64,000 nucleotides of DNA from Tepidisphaera sp. (GCA_050916045.1 CP051526.1:576001-640000); one strand, 5' to 3'; counted from the stretch's first letter, positions 9,620 through 19,013 are shown. Program-made: numbers and translations. The notes: generated from the sequence alone by a model not told the origin.

Positions 9620-11116
9620 ATGTGGAGCCGCATGGATCGTCGGCAGCGTCAATCAGGAGCCTGGAGCGAAGCGCGTGGGACTTCGCGGGTTCGCTCGCGG
9701 GGTTCGGCGCTTGGTTCGCGGACCTTGGCGCTCATGGCCCTCCTCGCCTGCTCCACCCTCCTGATCGCGGCGCTGCGGGCGGGCGAAGCTTCGAGCGGCC
9801 GCACATTCTGGCTTTTCGCCGGCGCCCACCACCGCATGTACGTCCCGATCATGGAGTCATGGAACGCAAAGGCGGGTTCCGACGCTTCGATCGATCGGGT
9901 CGAGATGAAGCTCCTGAGCTACAACGCTCTTGAACGGCGGATGCTCTCTTCCTTCTACACCGGGACACCCTCGGCCGATCTGATCGAGGTCGAGCGGAAG
10001 ATCGCGGGCAACGCCTTCAAGGGTCCGCTTGAACGCGTGGGTTTCGTCGATCTGACCGATCGCCTCAAGCGGGAAGGCCTGCTCAACGAGATCAACGCTC
10101 CGAGCTTCGGCCCCTGGACCAGCCGCGGGCGGATCTTCGGGCTGCCCCACGACGTCCACCCCGTCATGCTCGGATACCGGGCCGACCTCGTCGAAGCCGC
10201 GGGCATCGATGTCTCGCAGATCGAGACGTGGGACGACTTCATCCGCCTGCTCAAGCCGCTCCAGAAAGACCTCGACGGTGACGGCACGCTGGACCGGTTC
10301 CTCATCAACATGTGGCCCAACAACGCCGACCACCTCGAGGTGCTCATCCTGCAAGCCTGCGGAGCGTTCTTCGATGATCAGGACCGCTGCGTCATCGCGA
10401 GCGACATCAACGCCGAGGTGCTGGCGACCGTTGCGTGGTGGTGCGTCGGGCCCGACCCGGTCGCGGCGGACGCGCCCAACTTCTCGCTGGCCGGCAATCA
10501 GAAGAAAGCCGACGGCTACGTCGTGTCGAGCCTCTTCCCCGATTGGATGTGCGACATCTGGCGGAACGAGATTCCGTCGCTTTCGGGCAAGCTCAAGATG
10601 ATGCCGATCCCGGCGTGGCGCAAGGGCGGCCTCCGCACCAGCGTCTGGGGCGGCACGATGATCGGCATTCCCCGGGCCGCGGTCGACGGACCCACCGGCG
10701 AGCAGGACTTTGAGCGACTCTGGGCTTTCGCCAAGCACCTGTACCTTTCCAAAGAGCTCGCCGGCGCCCTCTGGCGGAGCGGCAGCATCATCACCCCCGT
10801 CCGGGCCCACTGGTCCGATACGGTGTACGACGAGCCGCAAGCGTACTTCAGCGGGCAGGCGACCGGTCGCATGTACATCGAGCAGGCTCCCTTCATCCCC
10901 GCCCGCTCGAGCAGCCCGTACAACACGATCGCGATGCAGCGCACCCAGACCGCCCTCGAGGACCTCGCCAAGGAAGTCGCTCGCGACAAGACCATGTCCC
11001 GCGAAGCGGTACAGGCCCGTGCCAAGGAACTGCTCCAGATCGCGCAGCGGTACGTCGAGGGGCAGATCGAGCGGAACGTGTTCCTGTCCGAATCCGTCGC
11101 GGAGGCAAGCCGATGA
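9620..11116 (+). CDS. Carbohydrate ABC transporter substrate-binding protein (start uncertain)
   Basis: Hydrophobic N-terminal segment; GRIFGLPHD...YRADL..AGID...TWDDF, WGGT motifs of sugar SBPs; overlaps the next permease (ATGA). Confidence 0.88.
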   Translation: MWSRMDRRQRQSGAWSEARGTSRVRSRGSALGSRTLALMALLACSTLLIAALRAGEASSGRTFWLFAGAHHRMYVPIMESWNAKAGSDASIDRVEMKLLSYNALERRMLSSFYTGTPSADLIEVERKIAGNAFKGPLERVGFVDLTDRLKREGLLNEINAPSFGPWTSRGRIFGLPHDVHPVMLGYRADLVEAAGIDVSQIETWDDFIRLLKPLQKDLDGDGTLDRFLINMWPNNADHLEVLILQACGAFFDDQDRCVIASDINAEVLATVAWWCVGPDPVAADAPNFSLAGNQKKADGYVVSSLFPDWMCDIWRNEIPSLSGKLKMMPIPAWRKGGLRTSVWGGTMIGIPRAAVDGPTGEQDFERLWAFAKHLYLSKELAGALWRSGSIITPVRAHWSDTVYDEPQAYFSGQATGRMYIEQAPFIPARSSSPYNTIAMQRTQTALEDLAKEVARDKTMSREAVQARAKELLQIAQRYVEGQIERNVFLSESVAEASR

Positions 11117-12051
11117 GCGCCCGCGCCGTGGAAACCCCGATGCTCGCGCCCAAGTGGCAGCCGCGATGGGCGCCTTGGCTCTTCCTTTCGCCCTTTCTCC
11201 TCATCTTCGTGGTGTTCACCGCGTATCCGCTGGTGCGGTCGCTGGTGCTCTCCCTTGAGCAGACGTGGGGCCCGGGCGAGTCGCGGTTCGTCGGCGCGGC
11301 GAACTACAAGTGGCTCCTGACCGACCGGCTGTTCTACAAAGCCCTCTCGAACACGGTGCTCTACACCCTGGGTTCGCTTTTCATCCAGCTCCCGCTGGCC
11401 TTGTTCCTGGCACTGGTGCTTGAGACGCCCGGCCTCCGCGGCAAAGCCATCTACCGCGTGATCCTCTTCTCGCCGTCCCTGGTGGGTGTCGTCTTCGCGG
11501 CGATGATGTTCGGGCTGATCCTGGAAGCACGCTCGGGCCTGCTCAACCGCGTTCTTCACGCGGGGACGTCGTTCCTTCCCGAAGCATGGCGGTGGAATCT
11601 CGACTTCGCCTGGCTCACCGAGTACACGATCGCCGCGATGGTCGTCGCGTCGCTCTGGATGTTCGTCGGGTTCAACATGGTGTACTTCTCGGCCGCGCTG
11701 CAGAGCGTCCGGGCGGACCTCCGCGAAGCGGCGACGCTTGACGGGGCGGGCCGCTGGGCGCGGTTCCGGCACGTGGTGTGGCCGGCGATCCGACCGGTTT
11801 CGAGCTTCGTCGTGCTGCTCTCGGTGGTCGGGTCGCTCCAGCTTTTCGAGCTTCCGTACATGATTCTGGATGCGGCGGGCCGGCCGAGCGATTCGGGCCT
11901 GACGCTCATCATGTACCTGTACCGCAATGGGTTTGAATCGGGCGATCTCGGGTACGCGAGCGCGATCGGCTGGGTGCTGGGGATCGTGCTGATCGCGTGC
12001 TCCGCGTTCGAGCGTGTGCTTTCGCGTGGTGAAGCGGAGGGCACGGCGTGA
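11113..12051 (+). CDS. Carbohydrate ABC transporter permease (MalF/UgpA-like)
   Basis: FLSP, FVG..NY, EAATLDGA (EAA loop), GYASAIG. Confidence 0.95.
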   Translation: MSARAVETPMLAPKWQPRWAPWLFLSPFLLIFVVFTAYPLVRSLVLSLEQTWGPGESRFVGAANYKWLLTDRLFYKALSNTVLYTLGSLFIQLPLALFLALVLETPGLRGKAIYRVILFSPSLVGVVFAAMMFGLILEARSGLLNRVLHAGTSFLPEAWRWNLDFAWLTEYTIAAMVVASLWMFVGFNMVYFSAALQSVRADLREAATLDGAGRWARFRHVVWPAIRPVSSFVVLLSVVGSLQLFELPYMILDAAGRPSDSGLTLIMYLYRNGFESGDLGYASAIGWVLGIVLIACSAFERVLSRGEAEGTA

Positions 12052-12950
12052 ACAACAAGCACACCAAGTCGGGCCGCTTGCGTGCGACGCTGATCCTCTG
12101 GATCGCGTGCTTTGTCACGCTTCTGCCGCTGGTCTGGCTGGTGATCTCGAGCTTCAAGACCAACGAGTCGTTCCTGACCTCGCTTTTGGTCCCCAAGTCG
12201 CCGATCGTCGCCGAGGGAGTGGATCCGAGCACGATTCCCCCAGAGGACCTGCGGTGGAAGTACGACCTCACGCTGCTCACCTTCAAGCACTATCGCGAGC
12301 TTTTCGGACAGCTCGATTTCGTGACCCCGCTGCTGAATTCCGTGCTGCTCTCGAGCGCGACAGCGGTGCTGGGCACGCTTTTCGCCGCGATGGGCGGGTA
12401 CGCCCTCGCCCGGTTCGAGTTCGCGGGTCGCAAGCTCGTCACGGCGCTGGTGATCGGTGCGGTGCTGATCCCCGCGCCGCTGCTGCTGGCTCCCGGGTAT
12501 GAGCTGCTCTTCAAGATCGGCCTGCTCAACACGTTCACGGGCGTCATCCTGCCCGCGGCCGCGCCGGCGTTCGGGGTCTTCCTGTTCCGGCAGTCGATCA
12601 TGTCGAGCGTGCCCCGTGAGCTTCTCGAAGCCGCCCGCTTGGACGGGTGTGGCGAGGTCCGGATGTTCTTCGCGGTGGTCATGCCGCTGGTCAAGCCGAT
12701 GATCGGCACGTTCGTGATGCTGACGTTCCTGGGGGCGTGGAACAACTTCGTGACCCCGCAGGTGATTCTGCAAAGCGAGAGTAAATTCCCGCTTTCGGTC
12801 GCGGTCGCTCAGCTCCGCGGGACGTACTACCAGAACTATGGTTTGCAGATGGCGGGAACGGTCGTGTCGATCGTCCCCGTGCTGGTGCTGTTCCTCGCCC
12901 TGCAGCGGTCGTTCGTCAGCGGGCTGACGGCGGGAGCGGTCAAGTCGTAA
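12048..12950 (+). CDS. Carbohydrate ABC transporter permease (MalG/UgpE-like)
   Basis: GYALARFEF.GR, EAARLDG, WNNF, GLTAGAVK C-terminus. Confidence 0.95.
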   Translation: MNNKHTKSGRLRATLILWIACFVTLLPLVWLVISSFKTNESFLTSLLVPKSPIVAEGVDPSTIPPEDLRWKYDLTLLTFKHYRELFGQLDFVTPLLNSVLLSSATAVLGTLFAAMGGYALARFEFAGRKLVTALVIGAVLIPAPLLLAPGYELLFKIGLLNTFTGVILPAAAPAFGVFLFRQSIMSSVPRELLEAARLDGCGEVRMFFAVVMPLVKPMIGTFVMLTFLGAWNNFVTPQVILQSESKFPLSVAVAQLRGTYYQNYGLQMAGTVVSIVPVLVLFLALQRSFVSGLTAGAVKS

Positions 12951-12992
12951 AGACGGTGTGAAGCGGGGCCGCAAAGGCCACCGAGGAGGTCG

Positions 12993-14417
12993 ATGATGTT
13001 CCGTGACGGATTCATTTGGGGTGCGGCGAGCAGCTCGTACCAGATCGAGGGTGGAGCCACGGCGCACGGCCGCGGCCCCAGCGTTTGGGACGCGTTCTGC
13101 GCCGAACAGGGCAAGGTCTACCGCAACCAGTCCGGTGCGGTCGCCTGCGACCACTACCACCGCGTCTCCGAGGACGTCGCGATCATGAAGCGGATGGGCC
13201 TGCACGCCTACCGGTTCTCGACCTCTTGGTCGCGGATCATGCCCACCGGCCGCGGTGCCGTCAACGGCGCGGGCTTGGCGTTCTACGACCGCTTGGTCGA
13301 CGAGCTGCTCGCGGCCAAGATCGAACCCTGGCTCACGCTTTTCCACTGGGACTATCCCCAGGCTCTTCAGCTCGAGGGTGGCTGGATGAACCCCGACTCC
13401 TCGAAGTGGTTCGCCGACTACACCGATGTCGTCGTGCGCCGCCTCGGCGACCGCGTCCGGCACTGGATGACGATCAATGAGCCGCAGGTCTACATCGGTC
13501 TTGGCCACCGCGACGGCACGCACGCCCCGGGCATGAAGCTCTCGACCGCCCAGTGGCTCCAGTGTGGCCACAACACGCTGCTGGCCCACGGCCGCGGAGC
13601 CCAGGTCATCCGTGCTTCGGCCGCCCGCACGCCGACAGTCGGTTGGGCGCTTGTCAACCGCGTCGAGTATCCCGCGACGGACTCGCCGGCCGACATCGAA
13701 GCCGCCCGCCGCTCGACGCTCTCCGTCACCGTGAAGGACACCTGGAGCAACACCTGGTGGGCCGACCCCGCCCTCCGCGGCCACTACCCGGAGGACGGCC
13801 TCAAGCTCTTCGGAGCCGATGCTCCCAAGACCGCTCCCGGCGACATGGAGACCATCAACCAGCCGCTGGACTTCTACGGCGTCAACATCTATTCGGGCGA
13901 AGCCGTGAAAGCCGGACCCGACGGCAACCCGGTCAACGTCCCGTGGTCTGATGGCAACCCCATCACCACCTTCCGCTGGAACATCGCGCCCAAGTCGCTG
14001 CAGTGGGGGCCCCGCTTCCTCTACGAGCGGTACAAGACGCCCATCATCGTCACCGAGAATGGAATGGCCAACGCCGACTGGGTCCACGCCGACGGCCAGG
14101 TCCATGATCCCCAGCGCATCGACTTCACCCGCGGGTACCTGCAGGAACTCGCAAAGGCCGCTGCTGCGGGCACCGACATCCGCGGGTACTTCCACTGGTC
14201 CATCCTCGACAACTTCGAGTGGGCCGAGGGATACCGCGAACGCTTCGGCCTCGTCCATGTCGACTTTGAAACCGGCAAACGCACGCCCAAGGACTCCGCC
14301 GCGTGGTACCGCGACGTCATCGCGACCAACGGCCGCAACCTCGGCGTTTCCGACGCATCTGCCAAGCCCGGCGCCGTTCTCGAACCTGGTCCCCTTCGCG
14401 CGGAGGTCGTCCGATGA
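12993..14417 (+). CDS. bglA: GH1 beta-glucosidase (cytoplasmic)
   Basis: FIWGAASSSYQIEG, ACDHYHR, TINEP (acid/base), IVTENG (nucleophile), WSILDNFEWAEGY; no signal peptide. Confidence 0.95.
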   Translation: MMFRDGFIWGAASSSYQIEGGATAHGRGPSVWDAFCAEQGKVYRNQSGAVACDHYHRVSEDVAIMKRMGLHAYRFSTSWSRIMPTGRGAVNGAGLAFYDRLVDELLAAKIEPWLTLFHWDYPQALQLEGGWMNPDSSKWFADYTDVVVRRLGDRVRHWMTINEPQVYIGLGHRDGTHAPGMKLSTAQWLQCGHNTLLAHGRGAQVIRASAARTPTVGWALVNRVEYPATDSPADIEAARRSTLSVTVKDTWSNTWWADPALRGHYPEDGLKLFGADAPKTAPGDMETINQPLDFYGVNIYSGEAVKAGPDGNPVNVPWSDGNPITTFRWNIAPKSLQWGPRFLYERYKTPIIVTENGMANADWVHADGQVHDPQRIDFTRGYLQELAKAAAAGTDIRGYFHWSILDNFEWAEGYRERFGLVHVDFETGKRTPKDSAAWYRDVIATNGRNLGVSDASAKPGAVLEPGPLRAEVVR

Positions 14418-15832
14418 GCCGGTCCAATCCGAATCCGTTCCTGCTCGCCGCGTCCTGCGCCGCGACCATGGCTGCTTCCGCGCTCGCCCAGCCCGAGCCC
14501 GGCCCGTGGCGCATGACGTTTCAGGATGAGTTCTCGACCAACATCATCGACGCTTCCAATTGGCGGCTGGTCAATCAAGCCTGGCCCTACAACGACGAGC
14601 GCCAGTACTACAGGCCATCCGCCGTCACGCAGTCGGGCGGCAAGATGATCATCACCGCCACCAACCAGCCCTTCGGCGGCCGCTTGTACACCTCCGGCCG
14701 CGTCGAAAGCGGCGGGAACCGCTTCAACCAGCAGTTCGGCCGGTTTGAGTGGCGAGCCAAGCTCCCCCGCACGCAGGGCATCTGGCCCGCGCTCTGGCTC
14801 CTGCCCGAGAACCAGTGGCCCCCCGAGATCGACGTGATGGAGCTCCTCGGCCACGAGCCCAACAAGGTCTACTTCACCCACCATTACGGCACCGCCCAAG
14901 CTCCGCGCAATCAGAGCAGCAGCTTCGTCGGGCCCGATTTCTCCGCAGACTTCCACAACTTCGCCTGCGAGTGGTGGCCGGACCGCATCGAGTGGTTCGT
15001 CGACGGCACGCTCCGCGCGACGCACCGCAACGCGATCCCGCGCATGCCGATGTACCTCATCATGAACGTCGCGGTCGGCGGGTTCTGGCCCGGATACCCC
15101 GACGGCACCACCACCTTCCCGCAGCGGATGGAGATGGACTGGGTCCGCGTCTGGGAGCGGTACCTGCTCAACGAGAGCTTCGAGGACCCCGGCCCTGGCG
15201 CGGGCGTCCCGTTCTATGGCTGGACGAAGTGGGGCAACGTCTTCACCGATAGCGATGACGGCCGCACGCCTCTGACCAGCCGCGGCATCAAGATGTTCGG
15301 CAACTTCAACGGCCAGCCGAACGCTTCCGGTCTCTGGCAGGCATCCACCGACGTCGCTCCGGGTCAGGTCTGGCGGGTTCGTTCGTGGTGGAAGCACCGC
15401 GCGGACGACGCGATCGCCGGCGGCAACTCGGCTTCGATCTCGATCGAGTGGCGCAACGCCGCCGACGAGTTCATTTCCGAGACGCTGACGGTCGCTCTGA
15501 CCTCCGCTTCGCCGACGAACACGTACCGCGAGGTGATCGCCGAGGGGCTCGCCCCGCCCGGCACGGCGTCCGCGCGGGTCGTCGCGAAGTTCTTCCAGCC
15601 AGCCCAATCCGCCGGCGCCGCGTACGTCGATGACATCTCCCTCGAGTTCGTCGGATGCGGAGCGGATTTCAACGGCGACGGGTTCGTCGACTTCTTCGAC
15701 TACGACGACTACGTCCAGTGCTACGAGACCGGTGCATGCCCGGCGGGCGAATCGGCGGACGTCAACGGCGATGCGTTCGTCGATTTCTTCGACTACGACG
15801 CCTTCGTCGCGATGTTTGAAGCCGGCTGCTAA
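14414..15832 (+). CDS. Secreted GH16 endo-beta-1,3-glucanase (laminarinase-like) + CBM-like module + double dockerin-like GC anchor
   Basis: Start reassigned to ATG 14414, overlapping the GH1 stop (ATGA); signal peptide; FQDEF, YTSGR, GIWPALWLL, EIDVME catalytic motif, NVAVGG.WPG; ends ...DFFDYDAFVAMFEAGC. Confidence 0.92.
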   Translation: MSRSNPNPFLLAASCAATMAASALAQPEPGPWRMTFQDEFSTNIIDASNWRLVNQAWPYNDERQYYRPSAVTQSGGKMIITATNQPFGGRLYTSGRVESGGNRFNQQFGRFEWRAKLPRTQGIWPALWLLPENQWPPEIDVMELLGHEPNKVYFTHHYGTAQAPRNQSSSFVGPDFSADFHNFACEWWPDRIEWFVDGTLRATHRNAIPRMPMYLIMNVAVGGFWPGYPDGTTTFPQRMEMDWVRVWERYLLNESFEDPGPGAGVPFYGWTKWGNVFTDSDDGRTPLTSRGIKMFGNFNGQPNASGLWQASTDVAPGQVWRVRSWWKHRADDAIAGGNSASISIEWRNAADEFISETLTVALTSASPTNTYREVIAEGLAPPGTASARVVAKFFQPAQSAGAAYVDDISLEFVGCGADFNGDGFVDFFDYDDYVQCYETGACPAGESADVNGDAFVDFFDYDAFVAMFEAGC

Positions 15833-15873
15833 GCCGCGAACCGGACTCCATCGAGCGGCGAACGATTGGCTCG

Positions 15874-16122
15874 ATGACGCCCGATCGCCCGATCGTCCTC
15901 AAAGCCGCCACCTGCACCACGTGCGGGCACCTTCTGCGTGGCTTGACGCCGGCGCAGAAAGCCGTCGTCTGCCCGGAATGTGGCTCCACCGTCGTCTTTG
16001 ACCTCCGCACCCCCGTGCCACGCCCGGAAACCGGTCCCTACTGGCGTGGCACGTCGCTGCTCACGATCTCGCTCCTCGCCGCCGTGCTGATCGCGGTGCT
16101 CGTCATTCTGGCGTTCGCCTGA
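15874..16122 (+). CDS. Small zinc-ribbon membrane protein
   Basis: CTTCGHLLRGL...CPECG followed by a C-terminal hydrophobic helix. Confidence 0.65.
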   Translation: MTPDRPIVLKAATCTTCGHLLRGLTPAQKAVVCPECGSTVVFDLRTPVPRPETGPYWRGTSLLTISLLAAVLIAVLVILAFA

Positions 16123-16157
16123 TTCCTTGTCCGGCCACCAAAAACCTAAAACGACCA

Positions 16158-16195
16158 CAGGCCGCCCTTTGAGCGTAAACCCAAAGAACGGCCTG
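16158..16195 (-). terminator. Hairpin downstream of tRNA-Gly
   Basis: CAGGCCG/CGGCCTG and CTTTG/CAAAG stems, followed on the minus strand by T-rich TGGTCGTTTTAGGTTTTT. Confidence 0.5.
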
Positions 16196-16201
16196 CTTGA
16201 A

Positions 16202-16273
16202 AGCGGGTGGACGGATTTGAACCGACGACATTCACGTTGGCAACGTGACGCTCTACCACTGAGCTACACCCGC
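16202..16273 (-). tRNA. tRNA-Gly (GCC)
   Basis: GCGGGTG TA GCTC AGTGGTA GAGC G TCACG TT-GCC-AA CGTGA ATGTC GTCGG TTCAAAT CCGTC CACCCGC T; cloverleaf; CCA not encoded. Confidence 0.96.
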
Positions 16274-16463
16274 AGGATGTCAAAGACTGTCAGAACCGGA
16301 CGAAACCCGAAACTGTCGGCCCGCCGTCCTGCGATCCAGGTCATCGGCGCTCCCGTTTGGGGCCATGAATCTAGACGGACGATCCCGCCAAGTCAACCCC
16401 CTTCCAACCCATTCAGTCCGCACCCATCGGGACCTCCCGCCGGGTGGCCAGTCGCTTATCGGC

Positions 16464-18794
16464 TCACCCGCCCCGGTTCGCTTGCGCAAAGGCCGTGGAG
16501 ATGTCATCATCGGTCGGCTGATAGTAGAGGAATCGAGGCTTTGTCTCGCCGGGGTGCTCGATTGAGATGAGGGGGATTCCGACCTCGCCGAGTTGTTTGA
16601 GCTTTCCCCATCCGGGAGCGGAGGATGCGGTCACGTCGGCGAAGAAAGTCGCGACGGACGGCTCATCGGTTCTGGCAGCGATTTTCTGGTGCTCGGGGGT
16701 ATCCAGCCTGAAGGTGATCCCGCTCGTGCACCACTCCGCCGAAAAGACCGTCACGACGGTCTTCCCGGCGGCCTTCGCTTCCGCTTCGGCTTCGGGCGAC
16801 CAGGGGCGAGCGTTTCGGAACGCGCCCTTCTTCTCCGCTTCGTCGGAGGCGGTGGCCTGTGTTCCGCGAGCTTTCTGGAGGAGCCCCGTCACTTCGGCGA
16901 CGGAGCTCGGGTAGTAGGACTTGAGGGGCTCCTGGGCGCCGGGGCCTTGGTACGAGACGACGGGGATGCCGACTTCCTTGAGTTCCTTGAGGCGTTTCCA
17001 GCCGACGGCCGTGCGGCTTGTGAGGTCGGCCATCATCGCGACGACGTTGGGGTCCTTGAGGGCTTTGGTCACTTCCTCTTCGCTCAGGGTGCCGGCTTTG
17101 AGGAACTGGCAGTTGATGCACCATTCGGCGGTGAAGTCGATGACGACGGTCTTGCCGGCGGCGAGCGCGGCGGCTTCGGCTTCGGGCGAATACGCGATCC
17201 ACGCCGAACTCGCTTCGTACTTCCGCTTGTGGACGTCGTGAAGCCTGAGTGTCCACATCAGCATCCCGCCGCCGACGACGAGCGCCGTCAGCACGAGCAC
17301 GCCCTTGCCCACGCCCGTTCGCGCGTTCGGCACGCCCTTGCCGATCATCCACGCGCACGCTCCGACGATCAGCATCGTCATGACCCACCAGTGGATCATC
17401 GACTTCATGAACGGGGCTTCGGCGACCAGCGCCAGGATCCCGTTGCCCAGGAAGAAGACGGCGACCGCGATCATCATCAGGCCCATGACCTGCTTGATCA
17501 GGTCGCTGCCCGGGCCGGCTTTGGGAAGCTTTTTCGTCAGCGCGGGGAATGCCGCGAGGACCACGTACGGGAATGCCATCCCGATCCCGACGAACGTCAT
17601 CGCGAAGAGGGGGATCAGAGCGTTTTCCTGCTGTGTCGCCCACGAAAGCGCTGCGCCGATGAACGGCCCGAAGCACGGGGTCCCGAGCACCGCCGTCATC
17701 ACGCCGAACAGGAACGAACCCTTGAGCGTGTCGTGCCCGACGTTGATCGCGTACACCGACTGCGGAAGCTGGATCGTGAACGCTCCCATCAGGCCGACGG
17801 CCATGATGCCGATCACCGCCGCCGCTCCAAGCTGAAACAGCGGGTGGCCGAAGAGGAAATTCACGCTATCCACGACCTTGAGCACCGAGATCAACAGAGC
17901 GATCACGAACCAGAATGCGACGATGCCCAGCGCGGTCATCACGCCCAGAAGCACCGCTCGCCCGCGCCCGCCCCCCTGGTGCTCCGCCGCCCGCTGGAAC
18001 CCCGCGATCTTGATCGGAATCACCGGAAGCACGCACGGCATGATGTTCAGGATGAACCCCGCGAGTGCACACACCGCCATCAGAAGCGCAAGCCCGAACG
18101 TTCCGCCCGCGTCGATCTTGAAGAGGCCAAGGTCGATCACGCTGCTGAGCGGCGCCTTGGCGGGCGCGGTCGGAGCGGCCGCTTCGGACTCAAATCCCTT
18201 CGCGTCAAACCCCGCCGGCCACGTCGGAGCCGCCGGAGCATCCGCCGCGATGGTGAGCGTCAGCGTCGCTTCGCCGGGCTCCTCCATGAGGCACATGCCC
18301 TTGTCGGTGCACGCTTGCGACGACCAGCGGACCTTGATCTCGCGGGGGCCCGGAGCGGCGCCCGCATCCACGGTGATCGGCAGGTAGACCGGCACCGTTC
18401 CTTCGAGGAACGCCGACCGTTCCGCGAGAGCCCCTTCGCCCACCATCTTGACGATCGGCTTGGGCCACTGCGAGGCTTTCAGGGTGAGCCCGGAGTCCTT
18501 GGCGAACTCCGCCGTGGCGGTCGACAGGATGCCGGTGGCTTCCCCTCCGCCCAGCGCCGACCAGTCCGGGGGGTAGATGTGCCAGGTGTCGTCGACGACG
18601 AACGTCACGGTGACCAGGGCTTTCCCGCCCGGAGCCACCGTGGCCGGGGTAATCGTCGCCGAGACCTTGACCACACTTTCCGGCTGCGCCGCCGCCCGGG
18701 GTGCCGTCCAGCCCAGGATCGCCAGACCGACCAACAGCAGGCCAAGGGTCGATCGAAGGGCGGGAAGGAGGGTCGATGTCCGGAATCGTGCCAT
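16464..18794 (-). CDS. dsbD: DsbD-like thiol:disulfide interchange protein with two C-terminal thioredoxin domains
   Basis: N-domain WHIY...QACTDKGMC; TM domain LNIMPCVLPVIPIK and TPCFGP; thioredoxin DFTAEWCINC plus a second copy FSAEWCTSG. Confidence 0.88.
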   Translation of the reverse strand: MARFRTSTLLPALRSTLGLLLVGLAILGWTAPRAAAQPESVVKVSATITPATVAPGGKALVTVTFVVDDTWHIYPPDWSALGGGEATGILSTATAEFAKDSGLTLKASQWPKPIVKMVGEGALAERSAFLEGTVPVYLPITVDAGAAPGPREIKVRWSSQACTDKGMCLMEEPGEATLTLTIAADAPAAPTWPAGFDAKGFESEAAAPTAPAKAPLSSVIDLGLFKIDAGGTFGLALLMAVCALAGFILNIMPCVLPVIPIKIAGFQRAAEHQGGGRGRAVLLGVMTALGIVAFWFVIALLISVLKVVDSVNFLFGHPLFQLGAAAVIGIMAVGLMGAFTIQLPQSVYAINVGHDTLKGSFLFGVMTAVLGTPCFGPFIGAALSWATQQENALIPLFAMTFVGIGMAFPYVVLAAFPALTKKLPKAGPGSDLIKQVMGLMMIAVAVFFLGNGILALVAEAPFMKSMIHWWVMTMLIVGACAWMIGKGVPNARTGVGKGVLVLTALVVGGGMLMWTLRLHDVHKRKYEASSAWIAYSPEAEAAALAAGKTVVIDFTAEWCINCQFLKAGTLSEEEVTKALKDPNVVAMMADLTSRTAVGWKRLKELKEVGIPVVSYQGPGAQEPLKSYYPSSVAEVTGLLQKARGTQATASDEAEKKGAFRNARPWSPEAEAEAKAAGKTVVTVFSAEWCTSGITFRLDTPEHQKIAARTDEPSVATFFADVTASSAPGWGKLKQLGEVGIPLISIEHPGETKPRFLYYQPTDDDISTAFAQANRGG

Positions 18795-19013
18795 AGATGC
18801 CTTGTTTAATGCCGCCGAGGGCGCGAAGTTCTTCCTGCCGCCCCCCGGATCGGTTTTCAGGACCGATATCGACGGGCGGGACCCTCAATCATAGCGATAG
18901 GATGGTGTACGGGTACGCTTCTTCCGGACAGTCGGGGCCCCCCGGCCGATGGACAAGCACGAAGCGTCGGTTCCCGTTCTAACCGGGCCGGCGCGACCGA
19001 GGGCCTTTCGTCC

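Noticed and set aside
9620..12950. Missing ABC ATPase as a sign of a defective transporter
   Set aside because: Sugar ABC systems commonly share an unlinked MsmK/MalK-type ATPase.
16127..16570. 147-aa ORF spanning the tRNA
   Set aside because: Antisense to tRNA-Gly and the dsbD 3' end; no protein features.
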